From: the human T2T-CHM13v2.0 reference genome, Homo sapiens
Assembly (NCBI RefSeq): GCF_009914755.1
Contig: NC_060935.1
Length of the DNA: 64,000 nucleotides
Reading direction: 5' to 3' (one strand)
In this document: piece by piece, positions 60,660 through 64,000 of the stretch
Position numbering within the stretch: position 1 is the stretch's first letter
Layout of the letters: every line of letters starts with the position of its first letter
Notes under the pieces: generated by a model
Seen by the model: the letters and a program-made list of their open reading frames with translations, nothing else
What the model was told of the DNA's origin: nothing
Database searches by the model: none
Made by a program: the position numbers and the translations under genes

Positions 60660-61545
60660 AGACATTGTCTCACTCTGTCACCCAGGCTGGAGTGCAATGG
60701 TGTGATCTTGGCTCATTGCCAACTCTGCCTCCTGCCACCTCCCCAGTTCCAGCGATTCTCCCTGCCTCAGCCTCCCAAGTAGCTGGGATTACAGGCATCT
60801 GTCACCACGCCCGGCTAATTTTTGTGTTTTCTGTAGAGATGGGGTTTCGCCATGTTGGCCAGGCTGGTCTTAAACTCCTAACCTCAGGTGATCCACCAAC
60901 CTCAGCCTCCCAAAGTGCTGGGATTACAGGCGTGAGCCACCGTCCCCGGCCTCAAGTGATTCTTTTAAAATTTAAGACAGATCTTGCCACTCCTCTGATG
61001 AGAACCTCCCAAAGTTCTTACGTTGCCTAAAGGGCTTATGTGGAATGTAGACCACTCCCTCTCTCCACCCTGATTGCTAGGACCTCATTTCCTACCGCTA
61101 CTTCCCTCCCCTATTTTGCTCCAGCTACAGTAATCTACTTGCTTCTCTTTACATGCCAAGCTGACTCTGTATCATGGGCTGTATACTTGATTACCTCAAA
61201 CGGAAATGCTCTCCCCTCTACTCACTAGTGTTTCTGATCAGATTACCAAATTTTACCTCTCGGAGAGGCTCTTCTTAACCATACTGTGTAAAGTAATGAA
61301 GCCTGACTACGTCACTGTTTCTCCCCTTATCTTGGAGGTTTGTTTTTTGTTTTGTTTTATTTTGTTTTTTTACCATACCTGTTATTACTATATGACATAT
61401 TTACTTTTTTATGTATCTCTTTCCCAACTAGAATGCCAGCTCTGTGAAACCAGGGATTCTTTATTGTTCACAGTTATGTCCTTAGAACCTAAGGCAGTGC
61501 TTATACATAGTGGCCATTTAGTTAATATTTATTGAATAAGTTGGT
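60200..61545 (+). mobile_element. L2 3' region split by an Alu
   Basis: aaacttaacatgtccaaaac...ctagaatgccagctctgtgaaaccaggga...aatatttattgaat. Confidence 0.75.
60627..60951 (-). mobile_element. AluS
   Basis: Long poly(T); TSD caagtgatt. Confidence 0.95.
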
Positions 61546-62483
61546 GAGCCTTAATACTTAAATGGAGAATGTGATTTGATTTACACTATAATAATCAAAT
61601 CCATAGAATAATGAGGAACCTTCAAATGGAGTCTGCTTTGTTTAAATCTTTATATTGTATTTTCAACATTGAACACGGATTACAATTGTGTTTCATAGTT
61701 AGGTTAATGCTCATACAATACTCAGTGTCAAAATGTGGGATCATATTACTATTTTAAAGATTCTTTTTATGGGAATAATTACTTTTTTGTTCTTTGGACA
61801 TAGACATCTGACCCTCAATTACATTAACAAACCTTATACACATGAATGGAAAGAAGAATAGCCTCTTTTGAATCCATGCTAAGACTTTATCAATATGAAG
61901 TGCTTCCCACAGAGTTCTGCTGAAAGAACTGAACTTCCATCATAATGAAATTGCAAATTCATTTGTATATGCCCCTCTTATATTTGAAAGCTACTTTTTG
62001 ATGTTTTGGTTGGCAATTAAATTTATTGTTTAAGGTCACAAATATGCAATTCTGACTAGAACAAGTTGTCAGAATTCTTTATTCAGCATAGCACAAAGAT
62101 AAATGGCTGTCTTTTAACAATAACATATGAAAGCCAAAATTTGTTCCCAGTTATACATAATCTTTTAATCAGTCTACTGCTTTCTGTTTTCCAGTCAATA
62201 GACCCCTTAACCTGCTTCCTCACCATCTTACCTATCTAGATTATGGGTTTTTAAATTACTGCAAAACACTTCATCAGATGGAAAAAGATAAGTTTAAACA
62301 TTTTGATGCTATAATTTTCCCATGCACATTTTATCCTTCCATCTGAATTCTTTTGCCTTTACCCCTATTCTGTGTAAGGTAGAAAATTATGTAGTATGTT
62401 AGCTAAATTCTATGGTTACATTTCTCACTGTTAACATGACTAGAAAGTAGATCATGTTGCTTAATTGAAATTGAGTTTTTAAG

Positions 62484-63323
62484 TGTTTTTTTTTCTTCTT
62501 AAAAAAACAAAAAACAAAAAACGAGATACATGTGCAGAACATGCAGGTTTGTTACATACGTATACGTGTGCCATGGTGGTTTGCTGCACCTATCGAGCAG
62601 TCCTCCAACTTCCCTCCCCTCACTCCCCACACCCCAACAGGCCCTGGTGTGTGTTGTTCCCCTCTCTGTGTCTATGTGTTCTCAATGTTCAACTCCTACT
62701 TGTGAGTGACAACATGTAGTATTTGGTTTTCTGTTCCTGTGTTAGTTTGCTGAGGATTATGGCTTCCAGCTTCATCCATGTCCCTGCAAAGGACATGATC
62801 TCATTCCTTTTTATGGCTGCAGAGTATTCCATGGTGTATATGTACCACATTTTCTTTATCCATTTGATCATTGATGGGCATTGGGATTGGTTACATGTCT
62901 TTGCTATTGTAAATAGTGCTGCAATAAACATAACGTGTGCATGTATCTTTATAGTAGAATGATTTGTATTCCTTTGGGTATATACCCAGTAATGGGATTG
63001 CTAGGTCAAATGGTATTTCTGGTTCCAGATCCTTGAGGAATCGCTATACTGTCTTCCACCATGGTTGAACTAATTTACATTCCCACCAACAGTGTAAAAG
63101 CATTCCTACTTCTCCACAGCCTCACCAGCATCTATTGTTCCCTGACTTTTTAATAATCGCCATTCTTACTGGCATGAGATGGTATCTCATTGTGGTTTTG
63201 ATTTGCATTTCTCTGATGATCATTAATGTTGAGCTTTTTTCATTTGTTTGTTGGCTCCATAAATGTCTTCTTTTGAGAAGTGTCTGTTTTCATATCCTTT
63301 GCCCACTTTTTGATGGGGTTGTT
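62484..63323 (-). mobile_element. 5'-truncated L1PA8-like element
   Basis: 3' end cttcttaaaaaaac...gatacatgtgcagaacatgcagg; ORF2 C-terminal [12 protein letters not shown]...WIKKMWYIYTMEY. Confidence 0.9.
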
Positions 63324-63501
63324 TTAAAACATCTCTGGGCATGTGGATTAACTTATTTTCTCAGATTCTGTACTGCATCTAATAAAAATGTATATGATTT
63401 TGATTAAAATAGATTTCTTAAATTTTTATGCATTTCCTTTGTGGCCTTTCATACAGAAGACATAGAGGAATAATTGCCCTGTTATATTTGAGGCCTTACT
63501 C

Positions 63502-63793
<292 letters not shown>

Positions 63794-64000
63794 TAGGCCT
63801 CACTCTTTATCTAAGAATATCCAGTGTCTTTATAGATTTATTCAAGGGATTTTGATAATAAATACTCAAAATCCCTTTGTTTAAGGTGATCATAGCTATA
63901 AAGAAGAACAAAGACACTGAATAACAGCAGCAGAATGTTGTAAAGCCGGCATAGTAATGTCCCCATTTTAAGATCTTGTTTAAATATTTTTTTGCAAATC

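Overview
AT-rich primate (human-like) genomic DNA dominated by interspersed repeats, with no recognisable protein-coding host exon. It contains a full-length minus-strand L1PA3/4-type LINE-1 (intact ORF1, disrupted ORF2, long open antisense ORF0) nested in an older L1MA. It also holds a 5'-truncated L1PA with an apparent ~260-bp 3' transduction, a TOMM22 processed pseudogene, an LTR12/ERV9 solo LTR, about 20 Alus or Alu monomers, MER30/MER33/MER5-type DNA transposon relics, and L2/MIR fragments. Almost all young L1s, the retrocopy and the LTR lie on the minus strand, which suggests an intron of a plus-strand gene; I could not identify that gene. The best leads are five non-consensus variants (including an ORF2 nonsense codon) shared by two L1 copies 27.5 kb apart that appear to have different sources, several template-switch scars, a 25-bp G:U-compatible hairpin, and a 47-nt exon candidate. 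I found no evidence for a wholly new biological system. Subfamily calls and consensus comparisons are from memory, and the boundaries of old repeats are approximate.
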